The notes beneath the pieces were generated by a model. It was not told the DNA's origin, made no database searches, and saw only the letters and a list, made by a program, of their open reading frames with translations. A DNA stretch of 64,000 nucleotides from Squalus acanthias (taxonomy: Eukaryota), in the NCBI GenBank assembly GCA_030390025.1, contig CM059432.1:72418001-72482000 (forward strand). Reading direction: 5' to 3'. The position numbers and the translations under genes were made by a program. Of the stretch, positions 24,726 through 36,763 are shown piece after piece. Position 1 is the first letter of the stretch, and the number at the start of each line of letters is the position of its first letter.

Positions 24726-26786
24726 GTTTACGGTTGAATTAATTAAAAGCTTTTAGTTTGTCATGTACAAACTCTATTTACTAAAAAATTACTTGTCAGA
24801 AATGACTGGGATATAAAAGAACTGCATTAACACTTCAGAAACGTCACTCAGTCACACGGTTATGCATCGACAAACAATCCAAAAACCCAAGGTGAGCTGA
24901 AAGAGGCATATCTATTCGTGCAATTTGTATTAATTTTAAAGTTTTCAACATATTAACCCATCCCTCAAGTCACTATAGCAGTGGCAGCACAAGCTTTCCT
25001 GTGGTGCTGACGTGCTGTACGTCCACATAAGTAATTATAATATTAATCACAATGCAACCAGCAACTATAAAGTACTGCAGTTCTTTAGTTCACAGTATTA
25101 AAAAGAATTGAACAAAAACGGGCATCTGTATTTTCAACTTCAATCACTTCCATTAATAAATGTGGTCTTCTTGAACCAGTACACCCCCCATGTAACATGT
25201 CAGAAATGCAGCACTTATTCACAAGTGCAGAAAAACACATACACAATTTGCATCACCGAATTAAAAACAAAAATCAGGAAAAGCTATGATTTAACAGAAA
25301 TAAACATTCATCTTTCTTCCTGGACAGGAGAACCAATCAGACTGACTTGGAAATGTTTACTAATATGTTGACGTAAAGATGTTAATTTATAAATTTCGCT
25401 TCTAATGTTTTTCTCTCAAACATTCTCCACAATATTAATCCCTGCTCTTAGCACGAAAAGTGTTGAATTATTTTAGGTACTTCCCAATTAAATCGTGGGA
25501 AACAAGCTTCATGGTACTCTCAATTTTTAATCTCCTATTTCAAACATTTATACCAAATCAAAATTGTACATTATCAGTTTAATCGAAGTATTTTTTGTGT
25601 CTTTTTCAATAAACAAATAGTAGTTCCTTCTAAAGTAGCTTCCTGCAATTTTTATACATCATTACATAACTCGTGTTTCTATTAACACTCCACTAAACGT
25701 TTAATAGGAAATGTATATTTACATTATTCCTGGGATTTGTTAAGACTATAGAACAACAGACAAAATAAAATGGTTTGTGTTTTTCCCCTTTTTTGGTTCT
25801 CTTCCTAAACATCTTAATGATATATTGTTTTAAAGTCAATAAAAAGTAATATGTAACTCCTACAAATCCTCCCCTACCATCCCCCTCCTCAACAGCATGG
25901 TTGTATGTTTGTGTAGAACTACTCACTTCAGTCAATCGTTAAAAATCAAATATTGAGAAATTTCAATTTTAAAATGTTTTAAGTATTTCAGAACCTCTTT
26001 AAAAACATTTGGACTTCAAGACCTAGTTGAAACTTGTTCAGATGAGGGGAAAATTTATTTTTAATTCTGTTTCTTCCAAAATCATATTTGATAGGGGGAA
26101 AAAAGTGTTTTTAACACTAATTTTTTGTGAAAATGTCATTAAAAATCTTTAAATTCTTTCAAGTCTCATAGCAAGTTGCTCTTTCCCTCTTATACGCTGT
26201 TGTTAAACATACAACAAAAAATAATAAAATAAACTCTAATTCCAAATGGAGCTCAAATAAGAAAGTGAATAAAGTGGTTAAACTTCCTAAGAAGGCAGTG
26301 ACGTTATCTATCCTCAGCCTTGGCGATGAGTTGGGATCAGTTTTGGAGAAGTTATTTCCTCTTTTTCTGCTACCGTTCCCACCGTCTCTCACAGACTCTG
26401 AGGTACAAACAGGGGCACATACTTTTTCCCATCTCTCATAACATGATTAAAATAACCCTGTCCAGTTCTCTGCATGGCATTTCAAATCAACTGCGTGCGA
26501 ACTCGGGGATCAGTGCGCGCGCCCGTGCACCTTAGAGGGAACAGTGGTAGCACTGCGTAGGAGCACTACAGTAGGCAAAGGAACACGAAAGACAGACACT
26601 AAGGGAATGCACAAGGGTGATTAGTTGACTTTGTTATGTAGTTTTGGATTGATTAAATTATGTTTGGAATGTTTGCTTTGTGGTGGCTCTCGTTTCAGCT
26701 TTGTGCCCAAGAGGACGCTGTGATGTTCCATGACAGAGAGATGGTGAGGTGGGGAAGAGGTGAGCAACGGGGATCTGAGGTTTCAT

Positions 26787-27943
26787 TCAGGGGAACTGGA
26801 TTCTGATGAGGTACTCATGGACAGACCGTCCGGAATGGGGATCTGCTGCCTAACTCCTCCCTTCTTCCTCCTCCTCCTCCTCCTTTTTCTCCTCTTCCTC
26901 CTCCACCTGAGGTGGTCGCGGAACCCATAGTAGAAAGTGCTGCGCTTTCATGTTGGCCAAATTGTGGAGCTTGCAGTAGACCACCACGAAATGGGACACC
27001 CGCTCCGGCGAGTACTGGAGGGCTGCTCCTGAATGGTCAGGGCAGCGGAACCATGGCTTTAGCACCCAATGGTCTGCTCGATGAGGTTCCTCGTGGCAGC
27101 GTGGCTCTCATTATATGGCTGCTGTCCACAAGTGGTGGGGTTACGGGGGGGGAGTCATCAGCCAGGTGTGGAACGGATAGCCCTTGTCTCCGAGCAGCCA
27201 CCCTCGGGTTCAACATGGTGGCTGAAAGATTGCTGGCACACCGGACTGGCGCAGGATGACGTCATCATGACTACTGCCAGGATACCGGGCATTCACCATC
27301 ATGATGCATTCAGCATAGTCGCACACAGTTGCACATTAAGTGAGTGGTAGCCTTTGCGGTTGCAGTACATCTCAGGATTGATATGCGGTGCCCGCAAAGC
27401 CACGAGTGTGCTGTCCGAGGCACCCTCCACCATGGGGAAGCCAATATCCTGGGAAAGCCACATGCGCGCGCCTCCTTCTTCTCTCTGTTCAGAGAAAAGA
27501 CAATGAAGTCCCTTCTCCTGGAGTACAGAGCCTCTGTGAACTCCCGGATGCAGCAATGGATGGTGAACTGGGAGATGTGCGATGTCTCCTGCTCAAGACT
27601 GGAAGGATCCAGTGGCGATAAGATTGAGGGCCACGGTGACCTTGAGGACCACTGGGAGAGCCATCATCGCCCTGCTCTGAGGCTGCAGGTCTGGATTTAG
27701 GAGGTGGCAGAGTTCTGTGACCACCTCCTTGGTGAAGCAAAGCCTCCTAATACACTGCTCCTCACTTAGGTGCAGGTAGGAGAAGTGCCCTCGGAAGACC
27801 CTAGGTGGGTAAGACCTCCTGTTGAGAGCCCTCCTGCCCCTCCTCCTCCTCCCTCTGCGAGCATCTTGTCCTCTTCTTTGCTGCCTCTGCTCCATCTCCC
27901 TGTCATACTCCAGCACGAGGGGGGCTGCAAGTAGAGCCCCCAT
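26787..27943 (-). pseudogene. Harbinger transposase (HARBI1-like DDE nuclease), frameshifted
   Basis: ORFs 27593..27955 (LSEEQCIRRLCFTKE, ATGSFQ), 27299..27556 (GFPMVEGASDST, NRKGYHSLNVQ) and 26850..27065 (FRCPDHSGAALQYSP, CKLHN); LLGDKGY near 27180-27200. Confidence 0.9.
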
Positions 27944-28781
27944 GACTGGGAGCAAGTGGTCTGAGCAGAACCCTTGAATTCAGAAGCAAGGCCTTCTCCA
28001 CTTGCAGCAATGATCCCTGTCACCTCACCAACTTTAAATAACTGCAGAAAGCTCCAAACAGTTGCACAAACCTACGCAGAGCCAGTAGAAATCAAAAAGC
28101 AAGTCACCTGCAAGTTGCTTATGATCTCTTTAAATACCACTGGAGGGGGATCTTTCCTGCTGCTGAATGCATGTGTTTTGGAGAGGGTGTTAAATGGAGC
28201 GGCAACGTCCAAAATAGCAGTTTGTGCATCAAATCAGCTTTGCACACTGACATCACAATCTGACTGATTAGCATTTTTCTGGCAAACGCCAGCAACGGCC
28301 GTGCTACCGACCTGCCCAAAATGTCGCCGCCACGAGCCACGCCAGAAATGGGCAGAAGCGAGGCAGCTGCCATTTTTATGCCGAAACCGGCCTTAACATC
28401 CATCGCTATGGTGCCGAATTTCACGGCCAGAATCTATTTGGTTAGAATCAAGGAACTGTGGCCTAAAATTGGATATGGTCACAAAATGGGTGGTGTTATG
28501 GCCCAACAATGTTAAGCTGTGCCGGGTCAAAATGTTCTCGGTAGCATGTAAAATTTGTGCTCAGTCCTCATTACCATGATTGTAGTCTTGATCTCAGCAC
28601 TAAAACCGCTGCACATTGGCTTACTGCTCAACAGGTGGGCCAATATCGGGTCCAGTCTAATTCCCAGTCATATGTGGCACAGGCTTTATTCAGTACTTAA
28701 AGGGGAGGTGCATTGATGCTACAGCACCTCATTGTCAATCCAGTTCCATCTTCACCTGGAAGCAGACGGTAGTGGAAGCAC

Positions 28782-30647
28782 ATGGCTGAGCCTCAGCACA
28801 GGGAGAGAGCCCACAGATTCTCAGACGCAGCTCTTGAGGCACTGGTGGTGGCTGTGGAGAGGAGGCGGGCTATCCTCTTCCCGCAGACTGGCTGGAAGCC
28901 CTCACCACATACATTTCGAAGACTTTGGCAGGAGATAGCCACCTATGTGACAGCCAGCACTGTGGTCCCCACGTCGGCGATCCAGTGCTGCAAGAAGTTT
29001 AATGACCTCACACGGCAGGTCAAGGTGAGTGAAGGCTTCAGCAAATGTCATATCCGACTATCTGCACCACAAGCCTCATACACTGCTCAATGCACCACAC
29101 CCCCATCACTCACCTACCAACAATCTCTACCTATCACCACTCAGACCTCACAATCAGAGCTTCACTTCACCCTCACAACCTTACTGCTGCTGCAACACTC
29201 ACACCCACATCTCACACCTTGCCCACACTGATAGCTCTTCAACTATGCAGTCACATCACCCAAACACATTGCACCACACTCACTCACACACTTTCCTTTC
29301 TCTTTCAGGCCAAGGTCGCGCATAACAGGAGGAACCAGCGCCAGACAGGCAGGGGCAAGCTGCCATCCAGGACCTCAGCCAACTGCAGGAGCCAGTGCTA
29401 GAGATCAATGGGCAGCAGATTATGAAGGCCGTGGCAGCCGGCAAGGTTGAAGCCCTTGGGGACAACAACGGTATGGTCATTCTTAAATCTTCTTCTCACA
29501 TCCCACTTCCCCCTCATCCCACAATCTCTTCTCACTTTCAAGCTGCTGATGCTGTATGCATTGCTTGTCTTGCTTCCCCCCACCCCTCACCCCTCACCAT
29601 AACCCGACTCTTGTGCTTTTCTGCTTTCAGCTAATCAAGACCAAGCACTAGACCAGCCTGTCCCCGAAGCGATGCAGGAGAGCAAGGGGGGAGAAGAAGA
29701 AGAAGAAGACACACTGTCACTGCATCTGTCACTCGCAGACACCAGCTCAGAAACTGGCACTGCGTGTACTTTAGAGGCTAGAGGCACCAAGCATGAGTGT
29801 GCTGCAGGCAGGCCAGTGGAAACGGGTAGCTCGGGGGCTAGCTCCCTGAAGGGCAAGTTCGTGGACGAGTTCTGCTACACAGGACTCAGATGAGGACCTC
29901 GATGGGGTGGCCTTCAGAAGAAGAGTGATGGGCATGCACACTGAATTGCTAGGTGCAATGGCAAGCCTACCAGAGAGACTCTTGGCAATGACAATGAGCA
30001 TAGAGGAGTCCGCCTCCAACATTTGTGCAGAGCTTGGAGCCCAGGATTTCCAGGCTGGAAATGATGGAAATGATGGAAAACTCCCAAAGAGACCATGTTG
30101 ACACAGACATGATGCTGCATGTGATGGGCGATGTCACGGCTGCCATTGCAGCACAGGTGGAAGCGACCCAAAGTCTTAGTGCTGCAGCGGAAGCACAGAC
30201 CGCTCTCATGCAGTCTCAGCCTGATGTCACCCAAGCTCAGACTGCTGCCATCATGGCTGGCTTTACCACTGTCGACCGGGGCTTGCAGGGTGTTGCAGCA
30301 ACCCAGCAATCTGTGCTCCAACAGATTGCTAGGAATGCTGAGGCAACGCCCCCAGGGGAGTGGCAGTGAGTCAGGACCCTGCTGTTCTCTCTCAGGATGA
30401 CAGCATTCATGTTCCCACCATTGCCACTCCGCCATTGCCCTTGTCACTGCCTGTCATCCAGCCAGCGCAGACTGCTGCCAGGAATGCCGAAATGGTGCAG
30501 TCTACAGCCGAGCCTTCTAGGGCCAGAGCTGCTCAAGGTCATCCTGTAAGGCCAGCTGAAGTCTCCCCCATGGAAACTCAGCAGCTTTCCACCAGCCATG
30601 CTGCAGCCACTGGGGGAGCACTTGATCAGCAAAGGGCACCTGAATGA
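28782..30647 (+). pseudogene. Harbinger Myb/SANT-like DNA-binding protein gene, 3 exons
   Basis: Exon 1 28782-29024 (RFSDAALEALV...LWQEIA...QCCKKFNDL, donor gtgagt); exon 2 29309-29470 (tctttcag, AKVAHNRRNQRQTGRG, donor gtatgg); exon 3 from 29631 (ctttcag). Contains frameshifts and stops. Confidence 0.85.
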
Positions 30648-30649
30648 CA

Positions 30650-31721
30650 GACATTAAGGGGTGGTCATCGTTGTCGTCATCACTACTATCGGCAAGGACT
30701 GCACCCTCATAATGGCCAAGTGGTGAAGCATGCAGTAGACCACCACGATATGGGACACCCACTCTAACAAGTACTGGAGGGCTCCTCCCGAGCTGTCAAG
30801 GCAGCAAAACCATTGCATCATTAGCTCGATGGTCTACTCGATGATGTTCCTGGTGGAAGCATGGCTCTCATTATATGAGTGTTGGGTACGAGTGCTGGGG
30901 TTGCGGAGGGGAATCATGAACCAGGTGCAGAGCGGATAGCCCTTGTCTCCAAGCAGCCACCCTCGAGTTTCATGTGGTGGCTGGAAGATTGCTGGCACAC
31001 CAGACTGACACAGGATGAAGGCATTATGACTGCTGCCAGGATAGCGGGCATTGACCATCAAGAAGCGCTGGGTGTGGTCGCACACCAACTGCACATTAAG
31101 TGAGTGGTAGCCTTTGCGGTTACCGAAGAGCTCAGGATTGTTTATGTGGCACCCGCAAAGCCACATGGGTGCAGTCGATGCTGCCCTGCACCATGGGGAA
31201 GCCCGGTATCCTGGCAAAGCCACATGCACACTCCTGCTTCTCTCTGCTCAGAGAGAAGAAAATGTAGTCCCTTCTCCTAGTGTAGAGAGCCTCAGTGAAC
31301 TCTCGGATGCAGCAATGGACTGCGAACTGGGAGATGTTAGCTATGTCTCCTGCTGCAGACTGGAAGGATCCGCTGGTGAAGAAATTGAGGGCCACGGTGA
31401 CCCTGAGGGCCACGGTGACCCTGAGGGCCACTGGGAGAGCCGTGGTCGCCCTGCTCTCAGGCTGCAGGTCTGGTTGCAGGAGGTGGCAGAGTTCTGTGAC
31501 CACCTCCTTGGTGAAGTAGAGCCTCCTAATACACTGCTCCTCGCTAAAGTGGATACAAGAGAAGTGCTTTCGGATGACCCTAAGTGGGTACAGCCTCCTG
31601 TTGAGAGCCCTCCTGGCCCTCCTCCTCCTCCCTCTGTGTGCATCTTCTCGTCTTCTTTGCTGCCTCTGCTCCCTCTTCCGAAGATACGCAAGCACGAGGG
31701 GTCTACCAGTAGAGCCCCCAT
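30650..31721 (-). pseudogene. Harbinger transposase (HARBI1-like DDE nuclease), frameshifted
   Basis: ORFs 31132..31695 (GFPMVQGSIDCTH) and 30834..31229 (NRKGYHSLNVQLVCD, PGSSHNA, LLGDKGY, RNIIE). The D-D-E residues are recognisable. Confidence 0.92.
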
Positions 31722-32365
31722 GACTGTAAGCAAGTGTTGTGAGCTGAAGCCTTTAAATAAGAATGAAGGCATTCTCCACTTGCCCCAACACTCCCTGTTA
31801 CCTTAGAACCTAGAAAGAAGTTAATAAAGCTGCTGGAGTTGCAGAAAGTTGCACAGAGCCAGTCAAACTGCAGAAACATATCAGGTGCAAGTCGTTGCTG
31901 ATGATCCCTTTAAATAATGCTGCTGGAGCCTCCTTCCTGCTTCTCAATGCTTGCTCAGCTGGTCACAAGTAAGTGGAGTGGCGAAGTCGAAACTCACAGA
32001 TTGGGTATCAAATGAGCGTTGCACATTCACTGATGTCACAATCTGCATCATCTCCATAATTTTGGCGAGCACCAACATCTGAAAATGGTGGCTACAGCGG
32101 GCAGAAAAGCAGCAGCCACCATATTTTTCCCCGAATCTGGTGGTAACAGGTGGTGCTAAACCCCTGAATTTCTAGGCCAATAGAGGAGCTTTTACGCTAC
32201 TGGGTGTATACTATAGGCCACCAAATAATGCGAAGGAGATATTCGAGCAAATTTGCAGGCAAATTACATAAAGATCCATGAACTACAGAGTAGTGATAAT
32301 GGGGGACTTCAAATATCCTAATATAGACTGGGATAGTAACAGTGTAAAGGGCAAAGAGGGGGAGG

Positions 32366-34387
32366 GTGACATTCTGGGCAGCGAACCCAATGAGACAATC
32401 AATGATCCGGAACAGCAGACAGAGGGACTCGCAGTGCAGCAACCGAAGAAAGAAAGAGTCAAATTGGACCCCTCCGGAGGGTCGCTGCCCTAAGCTTGAC
32501 ATGTATGCTCAAGCTGTCAGGAGATGCATCAACGCCAGATTCATCAGCCGCACTCACAAGACAGTCCAGAATGTCACCCGAGCACAACGCAACGCCATCC
32601 ACGCTCTCAAGACCAACCGCAACATCGTCATCAAACCAGCGGACAAAGGAGGAGCCATCGTCATACAGAACAGAATGGACTATTGCAAAGAAGCATACTG
32701 ACAACTGGACAACCAGGAACACTACAGACAGTTACCCGCAGATCCGACCAAAGAACACACCCGCCAACTCAATAGACTGATCAAGACCTTCGATCCAGAC
32801 CTTCAAAGCATCCTACGCACTCTCATCCCACGTACTCCCCGCGTGGGAGACTTCTACTGCCTCCCAAAGATACACAGAGCCAACACACCCGGACGTCCTA
32901 TCGTATCAGGCAATGGAACCCTGTGTGAGAACCTCTCTGGATACATCAAGGGCATCCTGAAACCCATCGTACAGGGAGCCCCCAGCTTCTGTCGCGAAAC
33001 TACAGACTTCTTACAGAAACTCAGCACCCATGGACCAGTTGAACCAGGAACACTCCTCGCCACGATGGACGTATCGGCACTCTACAGCAGTATCCCCCAC
33101 GATGACGGCATCGCTGCGACAACCTCAGTACTCAACACCAACAACAGCCAATCTCCAGACGCCATCCTACAACTCATCCATTTCATCCTTGACCACAATG
33201 TCTTCACCTTCGACAACCAGTTTTTTACCCAAACACACGGAACAGCCATGGGGACCAAATTCGCACCCCAATACGCCAACATCTTCATGCACAAGTTCGA
33301 GCAAGACTTCTTCGCTGCACAGGACCTCCAACCAATGCTGTACACCAAATACATCAACAACATTTTCTTCCTTTGGACCCACGGCGAAGGATCACTGAAA
33401 AGATTACACGATAACATCAACAAGTTCCATCCCACCATCAAACTCACCATGGACTACTCCTCAGAATCGGTTTCATTCCTGGACACACGAATCTCCATCA
33501 AAGACGGACACCTCAGCACTTCACTCTACCGCAAGCCCACGGACAACCTCACGATACTCCACTTCTCCAGCTTCCACCCTAACCATGTTAAAGAAGCCAT
33601 CCCCTATGGACAAGCCCTGCGAATACACAGGATCTGCTCAGACGAGGAGGAACGCGATGGACACCTACGGACACTGAAAGACGCCCTCGTAAGAACGGGA
33701 TATGACGCTCGACTCATCGATCGACAGTTCCGACGGGCCACAGCGAAAAATCGCATAGACCTCCTCAGAAGGCGAACACGGGACACAACCAACAGGGTAC
33801 CCTATGTCGTCCAGTACTTCCCCGGAGCGGAGAAACTATGCCATGTTCTTCGCAGCCTTCAACATGTCATCGATGACAACGAACACCTTGCTAAGGCCAT
33901 CCCCATGCCTCCACTACTCGCCTTCAAACAGCCGCCTAACCTCGAAAGTACCATAGTTCGCAGCAAATTACCCAGCTTTCAGGAGAACAGCGACCACGAC
34001 ACCACACAACCCTGCCACGGCAACCTCTGCAAGACATGCCAGATCATCAACACAGATACCATAATCACACGTGAGGACACTACCCACCAGGTATATGGTA
34101 CATACTCATGTGACTCGGCCAACGTTGTCTACCTCATACGTTGCAGGAAAGGATGCACCGGAGCATGGTACATCGGCGAGACCATGCAGACACTGAGACA
34201 ACGTATGAACGGACACCGCACAACAATCGCCAGGCAGGATTGTTACCTCCCAGTCGGGGAACACTTCAGCAGTCAAGGACATTCAGCCTCGGATCTGCGG
34301 GTAAGCGTTCTCCAAGGCGGCCTTCGAGACACACAGACAACGCAAAATCATCGTGCAGAAACTGATAGCCAAGTTCCGCACCTATGA
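32366..34387 (+). pseudogene. Penelope RT + GIY-YIG endonuclease, inactivated
   Basis: In-frame TGA at 32699-32701; catalytic YIDD reads YINN at 33350-33361; apparent frameshift near the C-terminus. Confidence 0.9.
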
Positions 34388-34850
34388 GGATGGCCTCAAC
34401 TGGGATCTTGGGTTCATGTCACGCTACATGACGGCTTGTTCACAGATGTGATTTCCAGTTAAAAAAAAGTAAAAAGTTTAAAGTTTATGGTTTTCCATAC
34501 AGACTGCATTTGACACATTAGACCCCCTGTGACCCCACCTCATTGTCTTAGTTGTATCTTGCTATGTCTTTGATATAATGCCTTCCTGACTGACCTGATT
34601 GTTTCTCTGCCGAGGTGTGATAAAAGGCAGTCAGAAAGATTAACTGTCGTCGTCTGACATTGTACGCTACACAGGCATTGTTCTCTGTCTATATATGCTT
34701 TGCCGATTCGTATTCCTTCACTTCACCTGATGAAGGAGCAGCAGCTCCGAAAGCTTGTGAATTCAAATAAAACTGTTGGACTGTAACCTGGTGTTGTGCG
34801 ACTTCTCACTTTTGTCCACCCCAGTCCAACACCGGCATCTCCGCATCATG
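32367..34850 (+). mobile_element. Penelope-like element family A, 5'-truncated
   Basis: ORFs 32366..32701 and 32843..34387 are in one frame, split by a single TGA. IKPADKGG, FYCLPKIH, GRPIVS, DVSALYSSI, GTAMG, VVYLIRC...YIGET (GIY-YIG). 3' terminal region holds a hammerhead and AATAAA. Confidence 0.95.
34722..34761 (+). ncRNA. Minimal type I hammerhead ribozyme
   Basis: ttcac-CTGATGA-a-ggagc(agca)gctcc-GAAA-gc-TT-gtgaa: stem I 5 bp, stem II 5 bp, palindromic stem III, CUU triplet. Confidence 0.85.
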
Positions 34851-35998
34851 GAATATAGAAAGTACAGAGGAGATCTAAAAAACAGAATAACAGAGACAAA
34901 GAGAGAATATGAGAATAGATTAGCTGCTAACATAAAAGGGAATCCAAAAGTCTTTTATAAACATATAAATAGTAAAAGGGAATTCAAGTTAAGGGTGGGG
35001 CCAATTAAGGACCAAAAAGGAAATATTCTGTGGAGGCAGAATGCATGGATGAGGTATTAAATGAGTAATTTGCATCTGTCTTCAATAGAGTAGAGAATGC
35101 TGCCAATGTACCAGGAAAGGAGGAGGTAGTAGCGATATTAGATAGGATAAAAATAGATAAAGAGGAGTTACTTAAAAGGTTGGCAGTCCTCAAAGTAGAA
35201 AAGTCACCCGGTCCAGATGGGATGCATACTAGATTACTGAGAGAAGTAAGGGTGGAATTTTCAGAGGCTCTAGCCACAATCTTCCAATCCTCCTTAGATA
35301 TGGGGGTGGTGCCAGAAAACTGGAGGATTGCAAATGTTACACCCCTGTTTAAAAAGGGGAATAGGGATAAACCCGGACTATAGGCCAGTCAGCCTAATGT
35401 CAGTGGTGGGGAAACTTTTAGAGATAATAATCAGGGACAAAATTAATTATAATTTAGTAAAGTATAGGCTAATAAATGAAAGTCAGCACAGATGTGTAAA
35501 AGGCAAATCATGTTTGACTAACTTGATTGAATTCTTTGATGAAGTAACAGAGAGGGTTGATGAGAGTAGTGCCGTTGATGTTGTGTATATGGACTTTCAA
35601 AAGGTGTTTGACAAAGTAACATATAATAGACTTGTTAGCAAAATTGAAGCCCATGGGACAGTGACAGTGTGGATATGAAATTGGCTAAGGGACAGAAAGC
35701 AGAAAGAAGTGGAGAAATAGTTGTTTTTCAGACTGGAGGGAAATTCTCCAGGGGTCGGTATTAGGACCACTGCTCTTTTTGATATATATTAATGACATGG
35801 ACTAGGGTATACCAGGCATAATTTCAAAGTTTGCAGATGACACTAAACTCGGAAATGTAGTAAAAACTGTGGAGGATAGTAATAGACTTCAGAAGGACAT
35901 AGACAGACTGGTGAAATGGGCAGACACATGGCAGATGAAATTTAACACAGAGAAGTATGAAGTGATACATTTTGGCAGGAAGAATGAAAAGAGGCAAT

Positions 35999-36763
35999 GG
36001 CCCAGAAATTGGACTCCAATGGTTGCCGCGGGGGTAAGGATCCCCCGCGATATCGCACTCCACGCCTGCCTTTATGGTTTTGGCCCACACGAACTTCAGT
36101 TCCTGGGCCTCTCCCTGGTGCCGGCGCGCAGTGTGTGCGTGTCCCAGAGGCGCAGTTAGTTCGATGCGACCTCTGGGATCACGTGGGCCAGTTAGAGCCA
36201 ATGGCAGCACACCATCTTTCATTCATAGTTTTGACAGGAAGAGCTGTCAAAACTATGAATACAACAAGCCCCCAAAAGAACAGTTAAACCTCAATTAAAT
36301 TTTTTAAAAAGCCATCACATTAATAAAATAACTATAGTTAAATAAATTAACCACTTTAAACAAAAATTTAAATTTTTGAAAAAATTTAAATTCTTTTTAA
36401 AAGTTATAAAAATAAACTTACCTTTCTTTAAAGTCTCTAAAAAAGATAAGCCTGTTGAAAAAAATTTAAAATAATACTTAATTAACTACTTACCTTGTTA
36501 AAAGGGGGTCTTACGCCTGCTTTCTTTATGTGTAAAATCTTCAACACTTACCTGCGCGTTCAAACCTGAAAAAAAAACTAAGTGTGCTGCGTGCGCGCAA
36601 CCTGTAGTGCGCACGCGGTTCACTTAGGAACCGCCCCCTTCGCAATACCCGAAGTGCCGGTTTCCCGCGCATGCGCAGTGCATGCAGGAAACCGGCACTT
36701 CGGGACCTAATACGCGAGAGTACACAGTGCGTAATCTCCCGTATTAGGTCTAATTTTCGGGCC
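35999..36763. mobile_element. Harbinger-type MITE, 765 bp
   Basis: TIRs ggcccagaaatt / aattttcgggcc; flanks aat/att; removal restores CR1 RQYKLNG; inverted sister copy at 57134-57895. Confidence 0.88.

Larger units (their letters stand above)
23834..26546. mobile_element. 2.7-kb non-autonomous hAT element (CAATGTTCCC TIR family)
   Basis: TIRs caatattccctctaa / ttagagggaacagtg; 8-bp TSD gtaacact (23826-23833) / gtagcact (26547-26554); Harbinger sequence resumes after it. Confidence 0.85.
22930..28428. mobile_element. PIF/Harbinger element copy 1 (left end missing)
   Basis: Myb-gene last exon (+, acceptor AG 23021-23022) and convergent transposase (-); right TIR gaatttcacggcc ends at 28428; homologous to 29520-32178. 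Confidence 0.9.
28460..32178. mobile_element. PIF/Harbinger element copy 2, both ends present
   Basis: TIRs ggcctaaaatt / aatttctaggcc; two convergent genes; flanks rejoin into CR1 endonuclease sequence. The 3-bp flanks (tgt/aat) do not match well. Confidence 0.9.

Noticed and set aside
26159..26392. Hydrophobic ORF as host exon or membrane protein
   Set aside because: Lies inside a hAT element; the hydrophobicity reflects T-rich composition; no recognisable family.
30650..31721. Domesticated host HARBI1 gene
   Set aside because: Frameshifted, present in multiple copies, inside TIRs and paired with a Myb gene, so it is a transposon copy.
31114..31806. 230-aa plus-strand ORF
   Set aside because: Antisense shadow of the GC-rich transposase; not open over the same span in copy 1.
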